From Dehalococcoidia bacterium (lineage in GTDB: Bacteria; Chloroflexota; Dehalococcoidia; Lucifugimonadales; UBA3495), in assembly GCA_034420475.1 (NCBI GenBank), contig DAOULH010000011.1:12762-76761 (forward strand): a DNA stretch of 64,000 nucleotides, given 5' to 3'. Made by a program: the position numbers and the translations under genes. Below the pieces are notes generated by a model that made no database searches, was not told the DNA's origin, and was given only the letters and a program-made list of their open reading frames with translations. Within the stretch, counting starts at the first letter, position 1. Every line of letters begins with the position of its first letter. Below, one piece after another: positions 37,394 to 46,960 of the stretch.

Positions 37394-37840
37394 ATGCCTC
37401 GCCCATTGACCACCCAGGAAGCCCACGAGTTCCTCGACAGCAAACCCGGCTGGATCGTGTTGACCACCATCGGACCGGACGGCTTCCCCCACACGGTGCC
37501 GCTGGGCTACTTCCGGCTCGGCGATGAAATCCTGATGGGAGTGCGCGCCAACACGCGCAAGCAGCGCAATATTCAGTACAATCCCAACGTCAGCCTGCTG
37601 CTGGAAACCGGGAGCACCATGCAGGACATCAAGGGGCTGATGGTGCAGGGCACGGCGACAGTCCACGCCGAACCCGACGAGATACTGCACTACTCCCGAG
37701 AAGCAGCCAAACGTCGCGGGGTGCCCGAAGCCGACCTGCCCACGGAACCTCGTCCGGGCGCGGCGTACATCAGGGTCACCCCGGTGCGCATCCGTTCGTG
37801 GGACTACTCCGAGGACCCGCCCCGCGAGCGGCGGCGCTAG
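37394..37840 (+). CDS. Pyridoxamine 5'-phosphate oxidase-like (split barrel, possibly F420-binding) protein
   Basis: LTTIGPDGFPHTVP, KQRNIQYNPNVSL, SWDY. Confidence 0.82.
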   Translation: MPRPLTTQEAHEFLDSKPGWIVLTTIGPDGFPHTVPLGYFRLGDEILMGVRANTRKQRNIQYNPNVSLLLETGSTMQDIKGLMVQGTATVHAEPDEILHYSREAAKRRGVPEADLPTEPRPGAAYIRVTPVRIRSWDYSEDPPRERRR

Positions 37841-37904
37841 TTTCCAGGGGCCACACCTATTGCAACCGACCGGTCAGTCTCACACGTATCCGTCGTCGTA
37901 CCAT

Positions 37905-37997
37905 TGTCATTGCGAGCGAAGCGCGGCAATCTCGTCGGGACAAGGAAGGCCGCCACGGGAACGGGATCGCCGCGTCGCTGTGCTCCTCGCGATGACA
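37905..37997. repeat. Complete REP doublet (short arm, spacer, long arm; inverted relative to 34251)
   Basis: TGTCATTGCGAGCGAAGCGCGGCAATCTCGT ... GGGATCGCCGCGTCGCTGTGCTCCTCGCGATGACA, between convergent genes. Confidence 0.85.
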
Positions 37998-38019
37998 AAC
38001 CGGCTACGGGTCAGACCGG

Positions 38020-39870
38020 TCAGCGCGGAATGTTCCGGTTGACCCACTCCAGTTCCTCCGCCTCCGAGTCGAAGTAACCGAAGCGGTGGAAGAGGCCGGT
38101 CTTGCCGCGGGCGCTGCGTATCTCTGCCCGCTTGGCGTCGGTTGCCGCCGCGTCCACGACCATGGCGTCCGCATCGATCACGACGCCGTATTCGTTCCGC
38201 GCCGCCTCGGTCGAAACAAAGCCGTCCTTAACGTCATCCAGCACCAACTCGGCCTCGCGGTCCAGGGGGTCACCCCACCCACCGCCGCCGGCCGTGCAGA
38301 TCCGCACCAGGTCGCCGCGCTTCCAGTGGTTGTCGTCGGAGAAGGCACGAATCTCGCGTTCTTCGGGTGTCCCCGGATTGAGGATCACGCGCGATAGTCC
38401 GCCGCCCACGCCCCAGGCTGGGAACCGGTTGTTCTCCACACGCAGCCCGAACGTCCCTTCGTCGGCCAGCAGCCGCACGTCACGGATCACGCCGCAGCCG
38501 CCCCGGTACTTGCCCGGCCCGCCCGAGTCGGTCGCGATGGCGTACCGTTCCAACCGCAACGGGTATTCCATCTCCATGAACTCGCCGGGGTAGTTCTCGT
38601 TGTGCCGCTGGTAAATCGCGTCCAGCCCGTCGCCAAACGGACGCGCCCCGTGTCCCACCGCGATGCCATCGGTGCACAGCAGCCAGTTCCCGGTTCCGCT
38701 CTCCTTCATGCGCCAGTACGCGATCACGTACACGGCCGCCGCCGCCATGACCTTGCCCTCCGTGGCCTGGGCAACCACCGCCCGCACCGCACTCTTCAGC
38801 TTGGTGAAGGTGTGGGCACGACAACCCAACGCCGCCGGCCATTCCGGCCGCAGGATGCTGCCCTGTCTCAACTGCACGTCGTCAATCCCGGCCAGCAGCC
38901 CGTGGTTGGCCATGAGCGAGGTGTCGAACTGGTGGAAATACTGGCCGAAATAGGCTTTGAGCGCGCCGTTGCTGGCGATGAAATTGATGGAGCCGTCGGC
39001 CTGGTCATCGCTGTCCGTGGCGTCCAGCAGTATCTCATCACCGCGGCGGATCAGCTTGATGTGGAAAGAGTGCCAGTGCTCGCCGACCCCGGCGTGGTCC
39101 ATGTAGTCGCGCACCGAGTACTCGCCCTCTGGAATCATCTCCAGCGTCTTGTCTCGCACCAGCCGCCCGGTGTCCGCCTGATCCTCGGCAATGGCCGCCA
39201 CCATTATGTCCCGCCCGTAACGCTCGAACATCTCCAGCAGGCGCTCCTGCGCGCGACTGGCCGCCGACATCAACGCCCGCGAGTCTCCCTCCAGCAGGTC
39301 GGGGTACCTGGAGTTGCGCAGGATGATGCGGTAGGCCTCTTCGTTCAACCTGCTGGCGTCGATGATCTTGATCGGCGGCACCAGCGTCCCGTCGTGGAAA
39401 ATCTCGGTGTTGGCCGGCCCGATGCTTCCCGGCCGCGAGCCGCCCAGATCCCAGAAATGTGCGAAGGAATGGCAGTAGGCCACCACCTCACCGTGGAAAA
39501 ACACCGGCGCGATGAACACCATATCCGGCGTGTGGGTGATGCTCCCCTGGGACAGGTACGGGTCGTTGTACCAGTACAAGTCGCCAGGCTTCATCTGCTC
39601 CACCGGATAGTAGTCCCATACGCACCCCAGGATGTCGCTGCCCATGGTGTCGCCGTAGATTTCCCTCCCGCCCGCGTCCAGGAAGCTCACGGTGTAGTCT
39701 TTCTTCTCCCGAATGAACGCCGACATCGCCGTGCGCTCGATGATCAGCTCACACTCCAACCGCGCGGCCCGCAGCGAACCTCGTATCAGTTGCCGGGTCA
39801 CCGGATTGACCGGCTGGGCCTTGTCGGATTGGTTCGAGAGAACGTCGGTGTGGCGTTCGGTGATAGTCAT
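38020..39870 (-). CDS. Hydantoinase B / oxoprolinase family subunit
   Basis: RTAMSAFIREKKD, NDPY...HTPD, HFWDLGG.RPGS, DSGG.GKYRGG.G, TAGGGGWGDP. Confidence 0.92.
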   Translation of the reverse strand: MTITERHTDVLSNQSDKAQPVNPVTRQLIRGSLRAARLECELIIERTAMSAFIREKKDYTVSFLDAGGREIYGDTMGSDILGCVWDYYPVEQMKPGDLYWYNDPYLSQGSITHTPDMVFIAPVFFHGEVVAYCHSFAHFWDLGGSRPGSIGPANTEIFHDGTLVPPIKIIDASRLNEEAYRIILRNSRYPDLLEGDSRALMSAASRAQERLLEMFERYGRDIMVAAIAEDQADTGRLVRDKTLEMIPEGEYSVRDYMDHAGVGEHWHSFHIKLIRRGDEILLDATDSDDQADGSINFIASNGALKAYFGQYFHQFDTSLMANHGLLAGIDDVQLRQGSILRPEWPAALGCRAHTFTKLKSAVRAVVAQATEGKVMAAAAVYVIAYWRMKESGTGNWLLCTDGIAVGHGARPFGDGLDAIYQRHNENYPGEFMEMEYPLRLERYAIATDSGGPGKYRGGCGVIRDVRLLADEGTFGLRVENNRFPAWGVGGGLSRVILNPGTPEEREIRAFSDDNHWKRGDLVRICTAGGGGWGDPLDREAELVLDDVKDGFVSTEAARNEYGVVIDADAMVVDAAATDAKRAEIRSARGKTGLFHRFGYFDSEAEELEWVNRNIPR

Positions 39871-39871
39871 T

Positions 39872-41932
39872 TCACTCTCCGGTGGCGCGCATGATGCAGT
39901 TGCCGTATCGGTCAATGCGGGTTTCCCAGCCCGGGTTGATCACCACGGTGGAATCCATGCCCTCCAGGATGGCCGGTCCCCCGATGGTGGCTTCCGGATG
40001 CAACCGCTCTCTGCGGTAGATGGGACACGAAACGAAACCCGGCACCTCATCAAAGTACACTCGGCGCCGGTCTACCACGGCGTCCGCGGGATCGCCGGTG
40101 CCGGATGGCAACACCGGCATGGACACATCACCCAGCAGGCCGGATGCAGTCACGCGCAGCGTCACGATTTCCACCGACTGGTCCAGCGAAAACCCGTACA
40201 GCTGGGAGTGGCGGCGGTGGAATTCCTCGATCATCGCCGCCAGTCCGCTCTGATCGACCCGCGTGCCGCCGTAGGGGATAGTCAGTTCCGAACCCTGGTG
40301 CTCGTAGCGCAAGTCGGCCGACCAGGACAGCAGACGGCCTGAACTGGCGACGCCTTCCGTCTCCAGCCACTGCTGCGCTTCCTTTTCCAGCCCGTCGAAA
40401 ATCGCCGCCATGCCTTGCAGATTGTAGTCCGGCGGCTGTTGCAGCGACGTTCGGGCGTAGTCGTTCTTGAACTCTGCCACCAGCAGCCCGTAAGCCGACG
40501 CTATCCCCGGATGCGGAGGCACCACCACGGTCGTCACTCCCAGCAGGTTTGCCACCTCGATGGCGTGCATCGGGCCGGCTCCGCCGTAGGCCACCAGGGC
40601 GAACTCCCGGGGATCGTAGCCGCGCTCCACGCTGATGTTGCGAATGGCGCCCACCATGGCGTTGTTGGCGATTTGCAGGACGCCGCTGGCCGCAGCCGCA
40701 ACGTCCATGCCCAGCGGCGACGCCACCGCCAGGCGGATGGCATCCGCCGCAGCCTCAGCATCCAGCGTCAACTGCCCACCGGCAATGCTGGGACTGACCC
40801 GCCCCAGGACCAGGTTGGCGTCGGTCACGGTAGGCAGGTTCGATCCCCGGCCGTAGCAGGCCGGCCCGGGGTCCGCGCCGGCACTGGCCGGCCCCACCGT
40901 CAGGCTCCCGTAGGGCGAAACCTCGGCGATGCTGCCGCCGCCGCAACCGATGGTCGCAATGTCCAGCATGGGCAACTGCACCGGCCAATCGCCCAGCCGG
41001 CCGTTCAGCGTCAGACCCGGCCGCCGGTCCTGCACCAGCGAAACGTCGGTGCTGGTGCCGCCCATGTCGAAGGATATGCAGTTGGCAACTCCCGTGGCCT
41101 CGGCAATCTGCAGGGTAGCCATCACGCCGGCCGCCGGCCCGGACAGCGCGGTGTACACCGGCTGCTGCACCGCAGTGTCCGCGCCGATGATCCCGCCGTT
41201 AGACTTCATAATCGACAGCGACGCTTTGGTTCCGAACGAGTGCAGCGAGTTCTGCAAATTCTCGATGTAGGTGCTCACCCGGGGCGTTACGTAGGCGTTC
41301 AACACGGTGGTGATGGCCCGCTCGTACTCCCGGTAAACCGGCAGGACTTCAGAAGACAACGACACCGCCACCCCCGGCAGCTCTTCCTGCAATATCTCCC
41401 TTGCCCGCCGCTCGTGGGCCGGGTTGGCATAGGAATGGAGAAAGGCGACCGCGACGGCTGCGACGCTCTCGCGAGCGAAATGCCGGGCCGCCTGCCGCAC
41501 TCCGTCCTCGTCCAATGGCTCCAGGATCTCGCCGTCAAAAGCGGTCCGCTCGTTCACCTCAAGGCAGTCGCGGGGACGGACCGGGCGCTGGGGTTTCACC
41601 CACGAGTTCGGGTTGGCCAGGCGGGGCGTGCCGTGCCGCGCTATTTCCAGCACGTACCTGAAGCCCTCGGTGACCAGCAATCCCACCGGGGCTCCCCGGT
41701 TTTCCAGCACCGAGTTGGTGGCAATGGTGGTGCCGTGGAAAATGTGATCCACCTCACCGGCGCTCACGCCGTGGGCCGCCAGGATTTCGCTGATCCCGGT
41801 CATGAACCCCACCGACGGGTCGCTCGGAGTGGACGGGGTCTTGTGGACCCACTGCGCGTTGGACGCCGTGTCACAAAGAACGATGTCGGTGAAAGTCCCA
41901 CCGACATCAACCGCTACCGAATACGAAGGCAT
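39872..41932 (-). CDS. Hydantoinase A / oxoprolinase family subunit (ATP-dependent)
   Basis: VDVGGTFTD, HGTTIATN, MKSNGG, LSGPAAGV, FDMGGTSTD, GPASAGADPGPACY, TVTDANLVLG. Confidence 0.93.
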   Translation of the reverse strand: MPSYSVAVDVGGTFTDIVLCDTASNAQWVHKTPSTPSDPSVGFMTGISEILAAHGVSAGEVDHIFHGTTIATNSVLENRGAPVGLLVTEGFRYVLEIARHGTPRLANPNSWVKPQRPVRPRDCLEVNERTAFDGEILEPLDEDGVRQAARHFARESVAAVAVAFLHSYANPAHERRAREILQEELPGVAVSLSSEVLPVYREYERAITTVLNAYVTPRVSTYIENLQNSLHSFGTKASLSIMKSNGGIIGADTAVQQPVYTALSGPAAGVMATLQIAEATGVANCISFDMGGTSTDVSLVQDRRPGLTLNGRLGDWPVQLPMLDIATIGCGGGSIAEVSPYGSLTVGPASAGADPGPACYGRGSNLPTVTDANLVLGRVSPSIAGGQLTLDAEAAADAIRLAVASPLGMDVAAAASGVLQIANNAMVGAIRNISVERGYDPREFALVAYGGAGPMHAIEVANLLGVTTVVVPPHPGIASAYGLLVAEFKNDYARTSLQQPPDYNLQGMAAIFDGLEKEAQQWLETEGVASSGRLLSWSADLRYEHQGSELTIPYGGTRVDQSGLAAMIEEFHRRHSQLYGFSLDQSVEIVTLRVTASGLLGDVSMPVLPSGTGDPADAVVDRRRVYFDEVPGFVSCPIYRRERLHPEATIGGPAILEGMDSTVVINPGWETRIDRYGNCIMRATGE

Positions 41933-41950
41933 GATCCGCTCGCCGCCCGC

Positions 41951-43099
41951 TTACTTGGCAAACAGGGCCGCAATCCGCTCTCCGACGATCTGATCCTCAC
42001 CCTCATTCAGTCCGAACATGTGGATGGTGATGCAGTCCTCTCCGTCCCTGACCCGCGTCCAGATCGGCGGGTCGCCCTCCTTGAGCCGGTCCCGCAGATC
42101 GTAAATATCGAAGCCGGCCACATCCGCGTCCACCCGGATGTTCAGCCCGTAGGGCTGGTGGCCGATGACGTTGTCCATCATCTCGGCGTTCAGTCCCGCT
42201 ACGCCGTCAATAGCGCTGAAAATGACCCGGGTCCGCCGCTCCGCATCGGCCAGCCGATCCTCGTGGTTCATGGTCATCCAGACCTGCACCGCCGCCACCG
42301 CGCCCATCATCTCCTGCCGGTCCACCTTCTGCGGCCGTCCCACGCCGCGCACCCGCCGGCCTTCGTAGCTGGCGAAGGCCTGGAGTCCGATCTTGCGGAT
42401 CATCTCCTCGGAACCCAGCGCCAGCCCGGTGGACTGCGGCGCGCCCATGTACTTGGCCGCGATGCACTGGAAATCGGCGCCCATCCGCACGTACTTGCCG
42501 AAGTTCTCCAGCGGATAAATCTGGCCCGCCGCGTCCACCGTGACCAGCACGTCGTGGGCGTGGGCAATGGCAATGGTGTCCTCCAGGGACAGCGCGTTGG
42601 GGTCGTACTCCTGCTCCACCGCGTAGTAGTGCACGGCGGCCGTGTTGGGCCCGATGGCCTTTTCCAGGTCTTCGGCGGTGGTCTGCTCCTCCGAACCGAA
42701 CATGACCAGCCTGGCGCCGGCCAGTTCCAGGCAGCGGTCGTACCAATACCTCTGCCGGGTCTGGATGAGGATCTCGTTCTTCATCCCGTCGGTGTTGGGC
42801 AACTGCTGGATGCGATCATCGTCGTCGCCGGCCATCGCCGCGGCCGTGGCCAGCATCAGCGCTGAACCCGCGCCCGACGTGATGTAAGCCGCCGGCACGT
42901 TGGTCATGCGGGCAATGGCCGCGCCGGCCGCCTCCTGCAACTCCATGAGCGGGATGTACGCGCCGTCGGCCTGCGCCATCGCCTCCCGCACTTCCGGGAT
43001 CGGCGTGGAGCCGCCCAGCATGGTGACGCTGCCGGTGGCGTTGATGACCGGAACCGCGCCCAGTTCCTTGTAGATATTTCCCCAATCGGCGGTGGTCAT
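41951..43099 (-). CDS. SelA-like PLP-dependent enzyme (DgaE/D-glucosaminate-6-P ammonia-lyase-like)
   Basis: VINATGSVTMLGGS, ITSGAGSAL, VDAAGQ, AAKYMGAPQSTG (PLP Lys), GRPQKVDRQE. Confidence 0.75.
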   Translation of the reverse strand: MTTADWGNIYKELGAVPVINATGSVTMLGGSTPIPEVREAMAQADGAYIPLMELQEAAGAAIARMTNVPAAYITSGAGSALMLATAAAMAGDDDDRIQQLPNTDGMKNEILIQTRQRYWYDRCLELAGARLVMFGSEEQTTAEDLEKAIGPNTAAVHYYAVEQEYDPNALSLEDTIAIAHAHDVLVTVDAAGQIYPLENFGKYVRMGADFQCIAAKYMGAPQSTGLALGSEEMIRKIGLQAFASYEGRRVRGVGRPQKVDRQEMMGAVAAVQVWMTMNHEDRLADAERRTRVIFSAIDGVAGLNAEMMDNVIGHQPYGLNIRVDADVAGFDIYDLRDRLKEGDPPIWTRVRDGEDCITIHMFGLNEGEDQIVGERIAALFAK

Positions 43100-43126
43100 G
43101 GTCAGGCTCCTTTTGGCGGTATCAAC

Positions 43127-44002
43127 CTATCGGTGGCGTGGCTCGATTGGCTCGTTGCTGCCTTCCGGCGGCACGGTCCAGGGGTTTTCGCCGGTCAGCC
43201 GCGCTATTTCTCCGTAAATGCGGTTCAAGTCGTCGGTGACACGGTTAGCCATGTCAGTATAGTCGGAGATGGGGGTGAGCAGCGGGCCGTAGCGGGTGCC
43301 GCCAGCATAGTTGTTGAGCTGGAGCAGGTTGCTGCGGGGCCGCAAGTCCAAATTCGGGTCGTTCGCCCGGATGTCCCCCAGCAGCAAGTCAAGCGCGTGG
43401 GTGTGAGAGTATTCGTGCCCCTGTGCCGAGATGAGGGCTTTCATAGCGTGTTCCAACACCTGGTGCGCGTTGTACGCTGCATTTTTGTTTTCCCTTCTCA
43501 AGTCAAGCAAATCATGCATGCTTTGATAGTGCATGTTCGCGTCGGCGATGCGGAGTCGGCGTTCCATGGGCTCGTCACAATAGTCAAGGTCGTCGGGCGC
43601 GTCACCGCGGGAGAAATCATCCGGGTTTCGGGGCACGATGATGCCATCCCGTCGAGCGAACCGCGCGACGTGGTTCAGGGTGTGGACACTCTTGCGCTCG
43701 TACTCGGCGCGGGTCAGATAAACGAAATCAACCGACGTGAAATCGTTATATGCTTGCTCAACCAGTTTACGGCCGATGATCTCGATGTCGGTCCTCCGCT
43801 CCAGGCCGGGAATCTCCGGCTCAATAATCATCAGGTCGATGTCGGAGCGGTCAGTCCAGTCAGCCCGCGCCCGCGAGCCAAACAGGATGACGCATTCAAC
43901 GTCAAAAGCGTCCCGCAATGCCTGGGCGACGCCCAATGCCCTGGCGTCCGGCCCCGCTTGGCCGGGCGCGGCTTGCGTTATGTCGACAATGGGAGTGGTC
44001 AT
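43127..44002 (-). CDS. Fused minimal nucleotidyltransferase (MNT) plus HEPN domain protein
   Basis: N-terminal ILFGSRARADWTDRSDIDL (GS..DxD); C-terminal AHQVLEHAMKAL, HTHAL..L, LNNYAGGTRY. Likely start ATG 44002. Confidence 0.8.
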   Translation of the reverse strand: MTTPIVDITQAAPGQAGPDARALGVAQALRDAFDVECVILFGSRARADWTDRSDIDLMIIEPEIPGLERRTDIEIIGRKLVEQAYNDFTSVDFVYLTRAEYERKSVHTLNHVARFARRDGIIVPRNPDDFSRGDAPDDLDYCDEPMERRLRIADANMHYQSMHDLLDLRRENKNAAYNAHQVLEHAMKALISAQGHEYSHTHALDLLLGDIRANDPNLDLRPRSNLLQLNNYAGGTRYGPLLTPISDYTDMANRVTDDLNRIYGEIARLTGENPWTVPPEGSNEPIEPRHR

Positions 44003-44004
44003 AG

Positions 44005-44802
44005 TTATTCGCCCGTGAAAACGGGCGGCCGCCGTTCGCGGAACGATGCCGCCGCCTCGGCCACGTCGTGCGGCGCGCGCCGGGCGAACACGATGCTGTG
44101 CGTCTCGTACTGGAGCTGGTCGTCCAGCGTGGTGTCCAGGCTGCGCTGCAACGCCCGTTTCGACATCTGCATGGCCACCGGCGGCCACATGGCGATCTGC
44201 CCGGCCAGATCCATCGCCTCGCCCAGCAGGTTCTCCGACGATGTAAGCCGATCCAGCAACCCCAGCCGGAACGCCTCTTCCGCGTCCACCGTGCGGCTGG
44301 TGAAAACCAAGTCGAACGCCCGACTCGACCCGATAATGCGGGGCAGGAAGTAGGACAACCCCGAGTCAGGGCTGAGGCTGCGCTCGATGAACACCGTCTT
44401 GAAGCGGGTGTTCTCGCAGCCCACCCGCATATCGCAGGCCAGCGCCAGGCCCATGCCAGCCCCGGCGGCAACGCCGTTCACCGCGGCGATGGTTGGCTTG
44501 TTCAGGTCCCGGTAAACCATCAGCGCCTGCCGGCCCACCCAGTTGTATTCGTCCAGCCGCTCGCCCCGGCTGGCGTGCTCGTCGTTGGGGCGCGCGCCCG
44601 TCAGATCGGCGCCGGAGCAGAACCCGCGACCTTCGCCGGTGAACACGACAACCCGCACTCCGTCGTCGTCCCGCAACTCAGCGCACGCCTCCATCATGTC
44701 ATGGTGCAGGTGCCGGTCGATGGCGTTGAGCTTCTCGGGCCGGTTCAGGGTGACCAGCGCGATCTGGCCGTCGCGGTCGACACGCAGGTTGTCGTACCCC
44801 AT
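44005..44802 (-). CDS. Enoyl-CoA hydratase/isomerase family protein
   Basis: TLNRPEKLNA, FCSGADL, PTIAAVNGVAAGAGMGLALACD, AEEAFRLGL. Confidence 0.92.
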   Translation of the reverse strand: MGYDNLRVDRDGQIALVTLNRPEKLNAIDRHLHHDMMEACAELRDDDGVRVVVFTGEGRGFCSGADLTGARPNDEHASRGERLDEYNWVGRQALMVYRDLNKPTIAAVNGVAAGAGMGLALACDMRVGCENTRFKTVFIERSLSPDSGLSYFLPRIIGSSRAFDLVFTSRTVDAEEAFRLGLLDRLTSSENLLGEAMDLAGQIAMWPPVAMQMSKRALQRSLDTTLDDQLQYETHSIVFARRAPHDVAEAAASFRERRPPVFTGE

Positions 44803-44803
44803 G

Positions 44804-46162
44804 CTATTTCACCGCCAACATGTCGCACGCCAAGCCCAGCATGATCTTGGTGCCGCTCACCAGGCTCTTGATACCCGCCGATTCGTTCGTGCCGTGCGAG
44901 TAGTTGAGCATCGGGTCATCGTCCGGGTGGGAGCCGGAGAAGCCGTAGGTTACCGTGCCCAGGGGCCGGGTGAACCGCGAGTCGGTAAATCCGTTGCTGA
45001 TGGCCGGCACCCATTGGATGTTGTCCCGCTGCAGGGCCTGCCCGGTGACACGCCGGATGCTGTCGGACAGGGGCGAGTCAAAGGGTGACGAGTTGGGCCT
45101 AGCCATGTAGTCGATCTCGTACGAAACCCCCGGGACGTCGGCCAGCACCTCGTCCAACTGCTGCCTCACGTAATCGTCATCCTGGTGGGGCAGCGTGCGC
45201 ACGTCGCAGGTCAGCCGGATCGATTCCGGCACGCTGTTGGACTTGATGCCGCCGCGCACCATGGTGGGCGTCAGCGTCATGCGCGACAGCGCCCGCAGCA
45301 TGGACGCAAAGCGCGGGTTGTCAGTCTCAATCTCCGCGATGATGTCGTCCACATTATCGGCGGACGGCTTGTGTTCAATAGCAAAGGTTGAGAGGTGGTC
45401 GAAAATGACTCCGGAAGTATCCCGGTCGGCCTCAAATCCCTCGATGGAGGACAGCGCGCGGCTCAGCCGGTACAGCGCATTCGTCCCCTGCCAGGGCACC
45501 GAGGCGTGGGAACTGGTTCCCTTCACGTCGATCTCCACCTGGAGGCGGCCCTTTTCTCCCACGCCCAGCACGTAGGTCAGCGCGCCCGCCGCTTCGATGG
45601 GAGTGCCGCCGCCTTCGTTCACCGCGAACGGAGCCGCCAGCTTTTCCGGATAGTTGTCCGCCAGCCAGCCGAACCCGTACCGGCCGCCGTGTTCCTCGTC
45701 GGCGCCGGCCGCCAGGATCAGCCCGTCCTCCAGCTCGATGCCGTTCCGCTTCAGGATGCGTACCGCCATCAGTTGCGCCGTGAGCAATCCCTTGCAGTCC
45801 GTCGCGCCCCGCCCGAACACGCGGCCGTCGGCGATGGTCGCGCTGAAAGGCGGAAACCGCCACTTCGACTCGTCCTCAACCGGAACGACGTCGGTGTGCG
45901 ACATGAACATCAGGCCGGCGTTGCCCGAGCGGCCCTCCAGGCGCGCTATGAGGTTTCCCCGGTTGGGCGCCGACTCCAGGATCTCCGACTCGATGCCGTC
46001 TGCGGCCAGGAAGTCGCGCGCCAGCTCGCACACCGGCGTCTCGTCACCCGTGGGCATGAAACCCGTGTTCACCGACGGGATGCGCACCAGCGCCTGTTCG
46101 AGGGCGATGATGTCATTTTCGGCTTCGTCAACCTGGCGGAAAAGGTCAGTTAGGTCAGGCAT
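44804..46162 (-). CDS. M20/M25/M40 family metallopeptidase/deacylase
   Basis: SHTDVVP, GRGATDCKG, ADEEHGG, NEGGG, HGTNE. Likely start ATG 46162. Confidence 0.9.
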   Translation of the reverse strand: MPDLTDLFRQVDEAENDIIALEQALVRIPSVNTGFMPTGDETPVCELARDFLAADGIESEILESAPNRGNLIARLEGRSGNAGLMFMSHTDVVPVEDESKWRFPPFSATIADGRVFGRGATDCKGLLTAQLMAVRILKRNGIELEDGLILAAGADEEHGGRYGFGWLADNYPEKLAAPFAVNEGGGTPIEAAGALTYVLGVGEKGRLQVEIDVKGTSSHASVPWQGTNALYRLSRALSSIEGFEADRDTSGVIFDHLSTFAIEHKPSADNVDDIIAEIETDNPRFASMLRALSRMTLTPTMVRGGIKSNSVPESIRLTCDVRTLPHQDDDYVRQQLDEVLADVPGVSYEIDYMARPNSSPFDSPLSDSIRRVTGQALQRDNIQWVPAISNGFTDSRFTRPLGTVTYGFSGSHPDDDPMLNYSHGTNESAGIKSLVSGTKIMLGLACDMLAVK

Positions 46163-46334
46163 CGCCGGTTCCTCCTCGCCATGCCCCTTCGAAGGCTCCT
46201 GGCGCGTCGCCGTGAGTCTATGCAGGGGGCCGGCGGGTGTCAATGCAGGTCGTTCCGTGTCGCCATACCCGCAGGCTTTGCATTTATAATGGTGCCATCA
46301 TCACGCCGTTTGGGCCAATTTGCTGACACCGCCT

Positions 46335-46637
46335 ATGATCGACTTCAGCCAAGTAACCGGCTTCCAGTGGGACCGAGGCAACGACAGGAAAAATCTTCTT
46401 TCACATGACGTTACTCAGTTTGAAGCAGAGCAAGTTTTCGCAGACCCGTGGTTGCTGATTTCGGAGGACATCGACCACAGCCAAGACGAGATGAGGTATA
46501 ACGCTCTCGGTTTCATCCGCAACGGGCGTTTTTTGCACGTAACCTTCACGATGCGCAACTTCAATACTATCATCCGTATCATATCGGCCCGCGACACGGA
46601 CGAACAGGAGGAAACCATTTATGTCCAAGGAACTTAA
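46335..46637 (+). CDS. brnT: BrnT family toxin
   Basis: FQWDRGN..KN..H.V...EAEQVF, HS.DE.RY.ALG, VTFT.R...IRIISAR. TATAAT at 46285-46290. Confidence 0.85.
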   Translation: MIDFSQVTGFQWDRGNDRKNLLSHDVTQFEAEQVFADPWLLISEDIDHSQDEMRYNALGFIRNGRFLHVTFTMRNFNTIIRIISARDTDEQEETIYVQGT

Positions 46638-46815
46638 ACCCATCCCTCATTTCGAAACCGAAGCCGAAGAACGCCATTTCTGGGAGACCCACAGCTCGGT
46701 TGACTATGTTGATTGGAGCAAAGCCCGCCGCGCCCGGTTCCCCAACATCAAGTTCTCATCGCCGGAAGAGTTGGCTAAAGCCGCCGGGACGGAGGATGAG
46801 GCCGCCGCCGACTAG
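46621..46815 (+). CDS. BrnA/CopG-like antitoxin, C-terminally truncated (no ribbon-helix-helix)
   Basis: KPIPHFETEAEERHFWETHSSVDYVDWSKA...FPN matches the N-terminal half of this antitoxin type; the expected TISLRL..YQSLI RHH is absent. Overlaps the toxin stop. Confidence 0.7.
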   Translation: MSKELKPIPHFETEAEERHFWETHSSVDYVDWSKARRARFPNIKFSSPEELAKAAGTEDEAAAD

Positions 46816-46960
46816 ACCTCCTGCGGACAGGCAAGCAACCAGCCGGCGCGATAAAGCCGGCGAGATTCCCAACGGCCCCGCTATGGCATCGGCGGGGCTG
46901 TTAGCGTTATATTTAGGCCGCGCCCGGACGCACCTGACGCGCTTGCCGGCGGCGGCAACT

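Noticed and set aside
40415-42865. 816-aa plus-strand ORF (and similar long antisense ORFs at 3819..5024, 10624..11634, 15918..17168, 54189..55520, 60466..61968)
   Set aside because: They overlap well-supported genes on the opposite strand and lack motifs, as is typical of high-GC shadow ORFs.
41951-43099. Selenocysteine synthase (selA)
   Set aside because: Short SelA-like protein without the SelA N-terminal domain, with no selB, selD or tRNA-Sec nearby, in a catabolic context; a DgaE-like enzyme is more plausible.
46816-46960. SRP RNA (ffs) upstream of dnaX
   Set aside because: No recognisable SRP domain IV (CAGG/GNRA/AGCA) motif was found by eye; an Rfam scan would settle it.
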